Shown here piece after piece: positions 9,596-19,014 of a stretch of DNA of 34,395 bases (its first letter is position 1; every line of letters starts with the position of its first letter). The translations under genes and the position numbers were made by a program. The DNA is taken from contig JBQTJP010000216.1 of assembly GCA_052386995.1 (NCBI GenBank), positions 1 through 34,395 of the forward strand, written 5' to 3'. This DNA comes from Armatimonadota bacterium (lineage in GTDB: Bacteria; Sysuimicrobiota; Sysuimicrobiia; Sysuimicrobiales; Humicultoraceae). The notes beneath the pieces were generated by a model. That model ran no database searches. It was given only the letters and a program-made list of their open reading frames with translations, and was not told the DNA's origin.

Positions 9596-9629
9596 CAGAC
9601 TAGTCAGACTGGTCATAGCAGAGTATACT
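9596..9629 (+). promoter_or_regulatory. Putative TA promoter (TAGTCA-17-TATACT) overlapped by a tandem palindromic operator
   Basis: The tandem repeat CAGACTAGT/CAGACTGGT (9596-9613) contains GACTAGTC and GACTGGTC and overlaps the -35 (9601-9606). The -10 TATACT is at 9624-9629. Confidence 0.55.
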
Positions 9630-9652
9630 GGCATGAAGTGGGGAGCGAACAG

Positions 9653-9922
9653 GTGACCGTGTATTCCACGTATGAAGCGAAGGCCAAGTTCAGCGAAGTC
9701 ATTCGCCGGGTCCGGGCGGGCCAGCGGGTGTTGATCGCCTACCGTGGCCGGAACGTCGCGGAGATCCGGCCGATTCAGGCGAGGGCGGATAGTTTGGAGA
9801 AGTCTTTGGTACGCCTTGAGGATGAAGGCGTGCTCGGTCCAGCGCCGAAACCGATTGACCGCCCTCGGAGGCTGGTCAAGAAGCCAGGGGCCTTGAAACG
9901 ATTCCTGGAGTCGCGCGAGTGA
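9653..9922 (+). CDS. Type II antitoxin, Phd/YefM family (VapB role)
   Basis: MTVYSTYEAKAKFSEVIRRVRAGQRVLIAYRGRNVAEIRPI matches the Phd N-terminal pattern. GTG 9653 follows GGGAG (alternative start 9638). Overlaps the toxin start (GTGA). Confidence 0.9.
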   Translation: MTVYSTYEAKAKFSEVIRRVRAGQRVLIAYRGRNVAEIRPIQARADSLEKSLVRLEDEGVLGPAPKPIDRPRRLVKKPGALKRFLESRE

Positions 9923-10302
9923 GGCTGGCGTACATTGACACATCCTGCTTTGTGGCAATCGCGTTCGGCGAGCCCGCTGCGAATCGCCTTGCCGCTCGTC
10001 TTCGCCGGTTTGACCGGCTGTTTTCATCCAACCTGCTTGAGGCCGAGCTTCGTTCGGCGCTCTCTCGAGAAGGAGTCAAGGACACCGGTGGCGTCATGCT
10101 GTCATGGGTCACGTGGATATTTCCGAATCGGCAACTCACCCCTGAGTTTGATCGCGTCGTCAGTGCTGGATATGTGCGAGGAGCTGATCTCTGGCATCTG
10201 GCGAACGCGCTCTTTCTGGCGCCGACAGGGAAGGACCTCATCTTCCTTACACTGGACCAGGGACAGAGAGAAGTCGCCGCCCAGTTGGGCTTCGCGACGT
10301 AG
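9919..10302 (+). CDS. vapC: Type II toxin, PIN-domain VapC-family ribonuclease
   Basis: PIN acidic motifs YIDTS, LEAEL, RGADLWHLA and FLTLD. 127 aa, translationally coupled to the antitoxin. Confidence 0.88.
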   Translation: MRLAYIDTSCFVAIAFGEPAANRLAARLRRFDRLFSSNLLEAELRSALSREGVKDTGGVMLSWVTWIFPNRQLTPEFDRVVSAGYVRGADLWHLANALFLAPTGKDLIFLTLDQGQREVAAQLGFAT

Positions 10303-10328
10303 ACCTGTTATTGTGGCGACTCCGGCAG

Positions 10329-10337
10329 TGATATAAT
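10329..10337 (+). promoter_or_regulatory. Extended -10 promoter (TGaTATAAT) for ruvCAB
   Basis: Perfect TGnTATAAT ending 17 nt before the ruvC ATG. Confidence 0.7.
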
Positions 10338-10352
10338 CGAACGCAGGTTCGA
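10337..10352. promoter_or_regulatory. LexA (SOS) box, GAAC-N4-GTTC type
   Basis: TCGAAC-GCAG-GTTCGA, with perfectly inverted 6-bp arms, sits between the -10 and the ruvC ATG. It matches the LexA consensus known from Firmicutes, Actinobacteria and Chloroflexi. Confidence 0.85.
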
Positions 10353-10354
10353 TT

Positions 10355-10897
10355 ATGCCGACCGCCTCGTCGCCACTCTCCTCTCGTACGCTCACCCGCC
10401 GGCGTCCCGCACCGTCATCGCTGATCATCGGATTCGACCCGGGCTTACGGCGCACGGGATACGGCGTGCTGCGCGTCGGGCCGGGCGGCCCGCAGGTGCG
10501 TGAGATCGGCACCCTCTCGACGCGGGGTGAGGATCTCGGGGCGCGGCTCCACCAGCTCTATCAAGAAGTCGAGGATCTCGTGCGCGATGTGCGACCCACG
10601 CTGGTCGTGCTCGAGGACCTCTTCGCCCATCGCCGGTTCCCCCGCACGGCCATCGTGCTGGGACACGTGCGCGGGATCATCTGCCTGGCCGCGGCCTCCA
10701 AGCGGATTGACGTGATGACGCTCGCGCCAAGCGCCGTCAAGCGTGCCGTGACGGGGTCTGGCGCCGCCAGCAAAGTCCAGGTGCAGGCGTCGGTACGCAC
10801 CCTCCTTGGTTTGCGGAGCCTCGCGGACCCTCACGCTGCCGACGCGCTGGCCCTGGCCTACGCCGGGATGGCGCGCATCGGCTCGCTGCCGAGATGA
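10355..10897 (+). CDS. ruvC: Holliday junction resolvase RuvC
   Basis: Motifs IIGFDPGLRRTGYGV, VVLEDLF, LGHVRG, VKRAVTGSGAASKVQV and HAADALALA. Confidence 0.96.
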   Translation: MPTASSPLSSRTLTRRRPAPSSLIIGFDPGLRRTGYGVLRVGPGGPQVREIGTLSTRGEDLGARLHQLYQEVEDLVRDVRPTLVVLEDLFAHRRFPRTAIVLGHVRGIICLAAASKRIDVMTLAPSAVKRAVTGSGAASKVQVQASVRTLLGLRSLADPHAADALALAYAGMARIGSLPR

Positions 10898-11514
10898 TTG
10901 GCTATCTGCGCGGCCGCGTGATGCGGCGTGAGGAGGGCAGGGTGCTGGTCGAAGCGGGCGGAGTGGGGTACGACGTGTCGCTGCCGCCGGTGGTGGCAGC
11001 GGCGCTCCCGGCGGGCGATGGCGCGACGCTCGAGCTCTTCATCTCGTATCACGCCACGGCCAACCAGCCGCGGCCGGTGCTCGTGGGATTCCTCCGGGAA
11101 GTCGAGCAGGAGTTCTTTGAGCGGTTCATCACCGTCGACGGCCTCGGGCCCACCAAAGCGCTGCGTGCGATGGTGCATCCGGTGCACACGATCGCCGACG
11201 CGATCGAGCGCCGTGACGCGGCCTTCCTGCGCCGCCTCCCCGGTATCGGCGGCAGGACGGCCGAGAAGGTCATCGCGGCGTTGAATGGAAAGATGGGCAA
11301 GTACGCGCTGCTGCGCGAGCCGTTCGGTCCGGCCAAGCCCACTGAACCCGACTTCCGCGAGGAGGTCATCGAAGTGCTCACACGCCAGCTCGGGCACCGC
11401 GCCGCCGAGGCGCGCCGCATGGTGGATGAAGCGCTGAAGCGCGCGCCGCAGATCGACTCGGCCGAAGCGCTGTTCCAGGAAGTCTACCGCCTCGAGCGAG
11501 AGGCGCCCGCATGA
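10894..11514 (+). CDS. ruvA: Holliday junction branch migration protein RuvA
   Basis: [17 protein letters not shown] and HhH motifs VDGLGPTKA and [12 protein letters not shown]. Lies between ruvC and ruvB. Confidence 0.95.
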   Translation: MIGYLRGRVMRREEGRVLVEAGGVGYDVSLPPVVAAALPAGDGATLELFISYHATANQPRPVLVGFLREVEQEFFERFITVDGLGPTKALRAMVHPVHTIADAIERRDAAFLRRLPGIGGRTAEKVIAALNGKMGKYALLREPFGPAKPTEPDFREEVIEVLTRQLGHRAAEARRMVDEALKRAPQIDSAEALFQEVYRLEREAPA

Positions 11515-12542
11515 GCCGGCAGCCCATCGACATCGAGCCCACCGCCGCGGACGAGCAGGCCCTTCGCAGCCTCAGGCCCACGACGCTCGACGAGTGCATC
11601 GGACAGACCAGGGTCATTGAAGGGCTGCGCATCAGCATCGAGGCCGCGAGGGGCCGCGAGGAGTCGCTCGATCATGTCCTTTTGCACGGGCCGCCCGGGC
11701 TCGGCAAGACGACACTCGCCGGCGTGGTCGCGCGCGAGATGGGAACCGAGCTGGTCACCACCAGCGGACCGGCGCTCGAGCGCGGCGGCGATCTCATGGG
11801 CATCCTGACCAATCTGGATGCCGGGAACGTCCTCTTCATCGACGAGATCCACCGCCTGCCGCGCAGTGTCGAGGAGTTCCTCTACCCGGCGATGGAGGAC
11901 TTCTGCGTGAACTTCGTCCTCGACAAGGGGCAGCACGCGCGGACGCTGCGCTATCAACTGCGGCCGTTTACGCTGATCGGGGCGACCACGCGCGCCGGAT
12001 TGCTGTCCTCGCCGCTGCGCGAGCGCTTCGGGATCTTCCATCATCTCGACTTCTTCTCCGATGATGAGCTCACCCAGGTCGTCCGGCGGTCGGCCGGGAT
12101 CCTGCGGGTCGACATCGACGCCGACGGCCCGCGCGAGATCGCCCGGCGGTCCCGCGGGACCCCGCGGATCGCCAACCGGCTGCTCCGTCGCGTCAGGGAC
12201 TTTGCGCAGGTGCGGGCCGATGGGATCATCACGCGGTCGGTGGCGCAAGACGCGCTCGAGTTCGAGGGCGTGGACCACCAGGGCCTAGACGGATTGGATC
12301 GCGATCTCTTGCGAACGCTCATCCAGACGTATGGAGGCGGCCCGGCCGGGATCGAGGCGCTCGCGGCCTCGCTGCACGAGGATACCGAGACGCTGGAGGA
12401 AGTCGTCGAGCCATTCCTGCTCAAGGCGGGATTCATCGCGCGCACGCCAACCGGACGCCGCGCGACCCCCACGGCGTATGCTCACCTGGGGCTGGCGCCG
12501 CCGGACGGCCCCCGGGTGCAGGGTGCCCTGTGGTCCTCGTGA
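11511..12542 (+). CDS. ruvB: Holliday junction DNA helicase RuvB
   Basis: Motifs [52 protein letters not shown] and EPFL...RTPTGR. Confidence 0.98.
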   Translation: MSRQPIDIEPTAADEQALRSLRPTTLDECIGQTRVIEGLRISIEAARGREESLDHVLLHGPPGLGKTTLAGVVAREMGTELVTTSGPALERGGDLMGILTNLDAGNVLFIDEIHRLPRSVEEFLYPAMEDFCVNFVLDKGQHARTLRYQLRPFTLIGATTRAGLLSSPLRERFGIFHHLDFFSDDELTQVVRRSAGILRVDIDADGPREIARRSRGTPRIANRLLRRVRDFAQVRADGIITRSVAQDALEFEGVDHQGLDGLDRDLLRTLIQTYGGGPAGIEALAASLHEDTETLEEVVEPFLLKAGFIARTPTGRRATPTAYAHLGLAPPDGPRVQGALWSS

Positions 12543-12637
12543 AGACGCCGAGCCTCGTCGTGTACGTGCCGATCGGCACGATGATCTTGATCAGCGTCCT
12601 GCTGACCCTCATTCTGAACTTCGTCCTGCGTCGCTAA
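12539..12637 (+). CDS. 32-aa single-TM peptide resembling the C-terminal half of DUF2905 proteins
   Basis: GTG overlaps the ruvB TGA. Translates as [32 protein letters not shown]. Occupies the ruvB-DUF2905-spoIID-queA position and is too short for the ORF track. Confidence 0.65.
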   Translation: MKTPSLVVYVPIGTMILISVLLTLILNFVLRR

Positions 12638-12640
12638 ACG

Positions 12641-13771
12641 GTGCGCGCTCGCCTCTGTCTCCTCCTCGTGATGGGCGTCTTGGTGGTCGCCCCCGGGCGT
12701 CCGACGCGCGCCCAGGCGCCCGCGCTCGTCCGCGTGGGCCTGCTGCTCGCGCAGGAATCGGTGACAATCGGCGCCGACGGTCCACTCGAGGCGGCCGATC
12801 TCGACTCCGGCCGGCGGGAGACGACTGAAGGCGGCCGCCTGACGGTGCGCCCGGGAATTCAAGGAGTCGAAGTCGGGGGCTCCGTCTTTGGCGGCACGGT
12901 CAGGCTGGCGCCGCGCGCCGGGCTTCTCGCGGTCAACGGCCGGCCGTACCGGGGGATCATCGAGATACGCCGGACTTCCGCGGGACGGGTGACGGTGATC
13001 AACGAGCTCGACCTCGAGGCCTACCTCTACGGGGTCGTCCGCAGCGAGATGAACCCGGGGTGGCCGTCAGAGGCCCTGCGCGCGCAGGCGATCGCGGCAC
13101 GGTCACTTGCGGTGCAGAGCGCCGGCCGGTACGCGAGTGAGGGGTACGACGTCCGCGCGACGACCGACTCGCAGGTCTACGGCGGGGTCGCCGCGGAGGA
13201 TGCGCGCACGAACGCGGCCGTGGATGCCACACGCGGGCTGGTGCTGCTCTACGATGGGCGCGCGGTGTTCGCGCCGTTCCACACCGATTCGGGCGGCGCG
13301 ACAGAGAGCAGCGAGTTCGTCTGGGGCGGGATGCTGCCGCATCTCCGCGGCGTGGCGGATCCGCACTCGCGGGAAGCGCCCAACCACGAGTGGACGCTAC
13401 GCCTGGATCTGCCCACGATCGAAGCGCGTCTCTCACGGGCCGGCCGTCCACTTGCCGGGGTCCAGCGCCTGGCGACTGCGGTCACGAGTCCGTCCGGACG
13501 TGTGGTGACGCTGCGGGTGCAGGCAACAAGCGGGACCATGGATATCCGCGGGGCCGAGTTCCGTACGGTCATCGGCTCGAGCGCGTTGCGCAGCACGCTG
13601 TTCGTCGTCCGCCCCGCCGGGGATAGCGCGGTCGAGTTCGCCGGGCGCGGGTTCGGACACGGCGTGGGCATGAGCCAGTGGGGCGCGCGGGGTCTGGCCC
13701 TGGCTGGTCGCGACCACGCCGAGATCCTTCGATACTATTACACGGGTGTGCGCGTCGGCCCGCGCCCGTGA
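12641..13771 (+). CDS. SpoIID/LytB domain protein (lytic transglycosylase-like), exported
   Basis: Signal peptide plus motifs YRG, INELDLEAYLYGVVRSEM, EALRAQAIAARS, DSQVYGG and GRGFGHGVGMSQWGA...EILRYYY. Confidence 0.93.
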   Translation: MRARLCLLLVMGVLVVAPGRPTRAQAPALVRVGLLLAQESVTIGADGPLEAADLDSGRRETTEGGRLTVRPGIQGVEVGGSVFGGTVRLAPRAGLLAVNGRPYRGIIEIRRTSAGRVTVINELDLEAYLYGVVRSEMNPGWPSEALRAQAIAARSLAVQSAGRYASEGYDVRATTDSQVYGGVAAEDARTNAAVDATRGLVLLYDGRAVFAPFHTDSGGATESSEFVWGGMLPHLRGVADPHSREAPNHEWTLRLDLPTIEARLSRAGRPLAGVQRLATAVTSPSGRVVTLRVQATSGTMDIRGAEFRTVIGSSALRSTLFVVRPAGDSAVEFAGRGFGHGVGMSQWGARGLALAGRDHAEILRYYYTGVRVGPRP

Positions 13772-13787
13772 AGGGCCCGCGGCCCCG

Positions 13788-14828
13788 ATGCGCCTGGCCA
13801 ATTTCGATTACACGCTGCCTGCGGAACTCATCGCGCAACGGCCGGTGTCACCCAGGGATTCCTCACGTCTGCTCGTGCTTGATCGGGCCACCGGCCACAT
13901 CGCGCATCGCCTCTTCCACCAGATCGGTGAGTACCTCAAGCCCGGCGACGTGCTGGTCGTCAACGACACGCGCGTCATTCCGGCGCGCCTGCGGGGGCGG
14001 CGGCCGACCGGCGGGGCGATCGAACTGCTCTTGCTGCGCCCGCGGGCCAACGGAGCGTGGGAAGCGCTCGTGCGCCCGGGCCGTCGCCTTGACCGGGGCG
14101 CGCTCGTCGACATCGGCGACGGTACGGCAACCGTCGAGATCGGGGAGCGTCTTCCCGACGGACGCCGCACGGTGCGGCTCCGCGGTGGCGGTGAGATGCT
14201 CGATGTGCTCCACCGCCTCGGCGGGGCGCCGCTCCCGCCGTACATTCGAACCTCGGGCGACGATCCGGCGATCAAGGCCGCGTATCAAACCGTCTATGCG
14301 CGCGAAGACGGCGCTGTTGCCGCTCCCACGGCCGGGCTGCACTTCACGCCGGAGCTGCTCGACCGGATTCGCGCCCAGGGCATAGAGGTCGTGAGCCTGA
14401 CCCTGCACGTCGGCCTCGGCACATTTCAGCCGGTCACCGCCGCCGACGTCCGAGATCACACCATGGACGAGGAATACTACACGATCACACCAGCGGCCGC
14501 GGAGGCCATCAACACCAGGCGCGGTCGGCTGGTCGCCGTCGGCACAACCACGGTGCGCGCCCTGGAGACCGCGGTGTCCTCCGCGGGTCCGGATGCGCGC
14601 GCGGGTTGCGTGCGCGCCGGCAGCGCGATGACCCGCCTGTTCATTCTCCCCGGCTTCGCTTTCCGTGCGGTGGAGGTACTGCTCACGAACTTCCACCTGC
14701 CCCGCACAACGCTCCTGATGCTTGTTTCGGCCTTCGCCGGACGCGAGACTATTCTGAGCGCGTATGATGAAGCGATCGGCGAGCGCTACCGGTTCTACAG
14801 TTTTGGCGACGCAATGCTGATCGTGTAG
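13788..14828 (+). CDS. queA: S-adenosylmethionine:tRNA ribosyltransferase-isomerase
   Basis: Motifs FDYTLPAELIAQRP, NDTRVIPARL, PLPPYI, YQTVYA, AAPTAGLHFT, LHVGLGTF, TNFHLP and YRFYSFGDAM. Confidence 0.98.
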   Translation: MRLANFDYTLPAELIAQRPVSPRDSSRLLVLDRATGHIAHRLFHQIGEYLKPGDVLVVNDTRVIPARLRGRRPTGGAIELLLLRPRANGAWEALVRPGRRLDRGALVDIGDGTATVEIGERLPDGRRTVRLRGGGEMLDVLHRLGGAPLPPYIRTSGDDPAIKAAYQTVYAREDGAVAAPTAGLHFTPELLDRIRAQGIEVVSLTLHVGLGTFQPVTAADVRDHTMDEEYYTITPAAAEAINTRRGRLVAVGTTTVRALETAVSSAGPDARAGCVRAGSAMTRLFILPGFAFRAVEVLLTNFHLPRTTLLMLVSAFAGRETILSAYDEAIGERYRFYSFGDAMLIV

Positions 14829-14841
14829 GCCGATGAACAGG

Positions 14842-15330
14842 CTACGACGCGACCCGGGTCCAGCCTCGTGAGGTGGGACTCCAGTCCCTGAGAGGTCGTC
14901 CGAGGAAGTCTTTCTCGGTCACTTTGTACCCGGCCGCTTCCAGCCGCCTGCGGGCCTCGGCGTAGTAGCGGTAGTCGACCTGCCAGGCATTGGTCCGCAG
15001 GGGATTTTGGTACGCGCCCAGCCCGCCGAGGAGCTTCTTGAGGTTCTCGTCTTCGCTTGGGGCGCCCCGGATCTCGACGCTGTTGTTGATGGTTCCGTAG
15101 ACTTCCACCGCCAGGGCTTGCGGCACACTACCAGGCCGCCCGCCCGGATTCAACGACGACACCGGGACTTCGACACCCGCCCCCGGCGCAGCGACTTTGG
15201 TCGCCCCGGCCTGGGGGACGCCCGGGGTCTGTGCGGCGGCCCGCGCGGCCCGCAGGGCGTCGGCTTTGGCTTTCAACGCCGCGATCTTCTCGTCGCGCGT
15301 GAGTTCGCCCGAGGTTGGCTCGTCAGGCAT
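14842..15330 (-). CDS. Hypothetical protein (162 aa)
   Basis: Fills the gap between queA and gdhA on the minus strand, with GAGATCGGG upstream of the ATG. Has a helical N-terminus, an Ala/Pro linker and a globular aromatic-rich C-terminal domain. Confidence 0.7.
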   Translation of the reverse strand: MPDEPTSGELTRDEKIAALKAKADALRAARAAAQTPGVPQAGATKVAAPGAGVEVPVSSLNPGGRPGSVPQALAVEVYGTINNSVEIRGAPSEDENLKKLLGGLGAYQNPLRTNAWQVDYRYYAEARRRLEAAGYKVTEKDFLGRPLRDWSPTSRGWTRVAS

Positions 15331-15449
15331 CCCGATCTCCTGAGGTCGTAGCGGGTCGCCGCCCTGTCACCTTCTTGTCCCGTGGTGGGAATACCTGCTG
15401 CGGTGGGTAGCCGTTGGCAGAACACCGCCGGCGGCGCGGCGAATGTGTC

Positions 15450-15478
15450 TTGCTTCGTTCCTTGGGGGACAATAGTAT
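15450..15478 (+). promoter_or_regulatory. Putative sigma70-type promoter for gdhA-tgt
   Basis: TTGCTT-17-TAGTAT followed by a strong RBS (GGAGGAGG) and GTG 15500. Confidence 0.55.
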
Positions 15479-15499
15479 CGCGGGGGGAGGAGGGGATGA

Positions 15500-16780
15500 G
15501 TGGTCACAAGCCGGCCGGCACCGCTCCCAGTCGCCACGAGAGACGATCCCTGGGAAATGGCGCTCCGCCAGTTTGCGCAGGCGGCCCGGCGTCTGGCGCT
15601 CAAGCGTGGCATTGAGGAGTTCCTGTCGACCCCCCAGCGCGAGTTAACCGTCCACTTTCCGGTCAAGATGGATGACGGCACGGTGCGGGTCTTCACGGGC
15701 TACCGCGTGCACCACAGCGTGATTCTCGGCCCGACCAAGGGCGGCATTCGCTACCACCAGGACGTGACGCTAAACGAAGTTCGCGCGCTGGCCATGTGGA
15801 TGACGTGGAAGTGCGCGCTGGTCAATCTCCCGTATGGCGGCGCGAAGGGCGGCGTGATCGTCGATCCGCGGACACTCTCCTCCGGCGAGGTCGAGCGTCT
15901 CACGCGCCGGTACGCGTCCGAGATCACCGTGCTCATGAATCCTCAGAGCGACATCCCGGCGCCCGACGTGGGCACAAACGCGCAGATCATGGCCTGGATC
16001 ATGGACACTTTCAGCATGCACCGTGGGCACACGGTGTCGGCGGTGGTCACCGGCAAACCCGTGTCCATTGGGGGCTCCGTCGGCCGGACCGAAGCGACCG
16101 GCCGCGGTGTCATGATCGCCGCCCGCGAGGCCGCGCGCCTGTTCGGCCTCCCGTGGAAGGGCGCCCCGGTCGTTGTCCAAGGATTCGGCAACGTGGGATC
16201 GCACGCGGCACGCCTCATGTGGGAAGACGGCTGCACGATCGTCGCTGTCAGCGACGTGCAGGGCGGCATCTACAACGAGCGGGGCCTCGATGTTCCGGCC
16301 CTGCTGCGGCACGTGGCCGAGACGGGCACCGTCGTGGGTTTTCCCGGCGCGACGCCGGTCTCCAACCGCGAGCTGCTCGAACTCCCCTGCACGTTCCTCG
16401 TCCCGGCCGCCCTGGAGGGCCAGATCACGGGCGAAAATGCCGATCGCATTCGCGCGCAGATGGTCGTTGAAGGGGCCAACGGCCCTACGACGCCTGATGC
16501 CGACGCCATCCTCGAGGCCAGGGGGATTCCAGTCATCCCCGATATCCTGGCGAACTCCGGCGGCGTGGTCGTATCATATTTTGAGTGGGTGCAAGATCTG
16601 CAAAGCCTCTTCTGGAGCGAGGACGATATCAACTGGCGACTCGAGCGGCTGATGGTGCGCAGCGTCCGGGACGTCGAGGCCGTGGCGCGCGCAGAGGAGA
16701 TCAACTTCCGTCTGGCCGCGCTGCAGCGCGCCATCGCGCGCGTCGCCGAAGCCCTCATGATCCGCGGTATCTATCCATAA
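15500..16780 (+). CDS. gdhA: Glu/Leu/Phe/Val dehydrogenase family, most likely glutamate dehydrogenase
   Basis: Motifs [51 protein letters not shown] and [19 protein letters not shown]. Confidence 0.93.
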   Translation: MVTSRPAPLPVATRDDPWEMALRQFAQAARRLALKRGIEEFLSTPQRELTVHFPVKMDDGTVRVFTGYRVHHSVILGPTKGGIRYHQDVTLNEVRALAMWMTWKCALVNLPYGGAKGGVIVDPRTLSSGEVERLTRRYASEITVLMNPQSDIPAPDVGTNAQIMAWIMDTFSMHRGHTVSAVVTGKPVSIGGSVGRTEATGRGVMIAAREAARLFGLPWKGAPVVVQGFGNVGSHAARLMWEDGCTIVAVSDVQGGIYNERGLDVPALLRHVAETGTVVGFPGATPVSNRELLELPCTFLVPAALEGQITGENADRIRAQMVVEGANGPTTPDADAILEARGIPVIPDILANSGGVVVSYFEWVQDLQSLFWSEDDINWRLERLMVRSVRDVEAVARAEEINFRLAALQRAIARVAEALMIRGIYP

Positions 16781-16783
16781 CTC

Positions 16784-17893
16784 ATGCCGTTTGAGGTCCT
16801 GCGGTCCTCCGCCGGCGGCGCACGCCGCGGCCGGTTTCATACTGCGCGCGGGACGGTGGAGACGCCGGCGTTCATGCCCGTGGGCACCAATGCCACCGTC
16901 AAAGCCCTCACGCCGGACGAGGTCGCCGAGTCAGGCGTCCAGATGATCCTGTGCAACGCGTTCCACCTGTACCTGCGCCCCGGCTCGGAGATCGTCGCCG
17001 GCGGCGGCGGCCTGCACGCCTTCATGGGCTGGCCGGGGCCGATCCTCACCGACAGCGGAGGCTACCAGGTCCTCAGCCTCGCCGCGATGCGTGCGGTCGA
17101 CGACGCGGGGGTAACGTTCCGGTCGCCGTTTGACGGCGGCGTTCACCGGTTCACGCCAGAGAGTGTTGTGGATCTCCAACGCGCGCTCGATTCCGACGTC
17201 CAGATGCCGCTCGACGTCTGCCTGGGCTACCCGCACGAGCCGGCGCAGGCACGCGAGGCGCTCGAGCAGACACTCCGGTGGGCGGCGCGGGCGCGCGAGC
17301 ACCACGCGCGTGACGGATCGGGGATGCTGTTCGGCATCGTCCAGGGAGGGTTCGATGCCGACCTGCGCGCCGAAGCCGCGCAACGAACAGCCGCGCTCGA
17401 CTTTGCGGGCTACGCGGTTGGGGGACTGTCGGTCGGTGAGCCGCGCACGCTGACCTATGCCCTGCTTGCGCCGGTCATTGCCGAGCTCCCGCCGGAGCGC
17501 CCTCGCTACCTGATGGGCGTGGGGGAGCCGCGCAGCCTGCTGGAGGGGATCGCGCGCGGGATCGATCTGTTCGACTGCGCGCTGCCCACGCGCGTGGCGC
17601 GCACCGGCACGATCTTCACCGCCTCTGGCCGGCTCAACATTCGGAACGCCGCCTACCGGGACGATATGGGGCCGCCCGATCCCGGCTGTGCCTGTCGTGT
17701 GTGCGCGAAGACGAGCCGTGCCTACCTGCGGCATCTCTTCAAGGCCGATGAGATGTTGGGACCGCGCCTGGCCACGTACCACAACCTCTTCTTCGTGGGA
17801 CGCTTGCTCGAGGGCGCGCGGGCGGCCCTGGACGAAGGTCGCTACAGCACGTGGATGGCGGAGGTGCTGGGCGGGTATGCGACCGCGTGGTGA
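16784..17893 (+). CDS. tgt: tRNA-guanine(34) transglycosylase
   Basis: Motifs TPAFMPVGT, TDSGGYQV, FGIVQGG, GGLSVGE, PRYLMGVG, FDCALPTR and the Zn site CACRVC...HN. Confidence 0.97.
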   Translation: MPFEVLRSSAGGARRGRFHTARGTVETPAFMPVGTNATVKALTPDEVAESGVQMILCNAFHLYLRPGSEIVAGGGGLHAFMGWPGPILTDSGGYQVLSLAAMRAVDDAGVTFRSPFDGGVHRFTPESVVDLQRALDSDVQMPLDVCLGYPHEPAQAREALEQTLRWAARAREHHARDGSGMLFGIVQGGFDADLRAEAAQRTAALDFAGYAVGGLSVGEPRTLTYALLAPVIAELPPERPRYLMGVGEPRSLLEGIARGIDLFDCALPTRVARTGTIFTASGRLNIRNAAYRDDMGPPDPGCACRVCAKTSRAYLRHLFKADEMLGPRLATYHNLFFVGRLLEGARAALDEGRYSTWMAEVLGGYATAW

Positions 17894-18009
17894 GAGATCC
17901 GCGTTGGACCCGCACGCGGGAACCCGCGCACCCCGCGCATGCGCGGCAGGGAGTTCGCCGGTCATCGTGGAAAATTGTTGAGCCGTTCTTACCCGGCCGG
18001 AGGTTACGT

Positions 18010-18291
18010 ATGTCAGCGCAGCAGCCGCAGTTTGCGGTGATTATTCTCTGGGTTCTGATCTTCGTCGTCTTCTATATCATCATGATCCGGCCCCAGCGCG
18101 CGCAGAAACGCAAGCGGGACGAAATGCTCGGTGCGCTGAAGCGGGGGGATCGTGTCGTGACCGTCGGCGGCATCCATGCCACGGTCGCCGACATCAAGGA
18201 CGATGTCCTGTCGCTGGACCTCGCCCCCAACCTCCGGGTCAAGGCCGACCGGGGCGCGGTCAGCTACGTCCGCTCGAAGGGTGAGGAGTGA
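18010..18291 (+). CDS. yajC: Preprotein translocase subunit YajC
   Basis: One TM helix, then MIRPQRAQKRKRDEMLGALKRGDRVVTVGGIHA. ATG 18010 follows GGAGG; directly after tgt. Confidence 0.95.
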   Translation: MSAQQPQFAVIILWVLIFVVFYIIMIRPQRAQKRKRDEMLGALKRGDRVVTVGGIHATVADIKDDVLSLDLAPNLRVKADRGAVSYVRSKGEE

Positions 18292-18974
18292 CCGAACCCA
18301 GCATCCGACTGGCGCTGCCCACACTCGACGATGTCAAGAAGGACGCCGAGGTCGAGGCCTTCATTACGAAGGCGAACGAGTACACGGGTGTCATCGGGTA
18401 CACCGAGCACGGATTGCGGCACGCGACGCTGACATCCAACATCGCCGCCAACGTGCTCCGCCGCCTGGCGCATGACGAGCGCACCGTGCAGCTGGCCGCG
18501 ATCGGCGCCTACCTCCACGATATCGGCAACCTGGTGAGCAGGCTCAACCACGAGCACACGGGCGCGATGCTGGCCGACCGCATCCTGCTGCGGATGGGGA
18601 TGCCCCCAGAGGAGCGGGCCGTCGTGATGGGCGCAATCGGTAATCACGAGGAGCGGCACGGCGAGCCGGTCAGCACCGCGGGGGCGGCCGTGATCCTCGC
18701 GGATAAATCCGACGTGCACCGCAGCCGGGTGCGCAACCCCGATCCCAAGACGTTCGACATCCACGATCGGGTCAACTACGCCGTGGAACACTCGTTCCTG
18801 CGGGTCGACGAGAAGAGCAAGACGGTCACGCTCGAGCTCACGATCGATACGGCGATCTCACAGGTCATGGAATACTTCGAGATCTTCCTCGGGCGCATGC
18901 TCATGTGCCGGCGCGCCGCGCAGTTCCTGGGCTGCGGGTTCAAGCTGCAGATCAACGGCGTCAAGATCCTCTGA
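18288..18974 (+). CDS. HD-domain metal-dependent phosphohydrolase
   Basis: H...HD...H...H...D pattern: TEHGLRH, YLHDIGN, HEHTGA, IGNHEE, ILADKSD. Confidence 0.9.
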   Translation: MTEPSIRLALPTLDDVKKDAEVEAFITKANEYTGVIGYTEHGLRHATLTSNIAANVLRRLAHDERTVQLAAIGAYLHDIGNLVSRLNHEHTGAMLADRILLRMGMPPEERAVVMGAIGNHEERHGEPVSTAGAAVILADKSDVHRSRVRNPDPKTFDIHDRVNYAVEHSFLRVDEKSKTVTLELTIDTAISQVMEYFEIFLGRMLMCRRAAQFLGCGFKLQINGVKIL

Positions 18975-19014
18975 CGAGGAATCCGCGGCACGGCGCGCGC
19001 GTTGAGGCTGGGTG

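Noticed and set aside
12641..13771. SpoIID as evidence of sporulation
   Set aside because: SpoIID/LytB-domain genes beside ruvB and queA are common in non-sporulating bacteria.
17894..18009. GC-rich palindromes between tgt and yajC as a riboswitch (e.g. preQ1) or ncRNA
   Set aside because: Only short GC hairpins (CCCGCACGCGGG, CGCGCATGCGCG). No preQ1 consensus or U-tract, and such hairpins arise by chance at this GC content.
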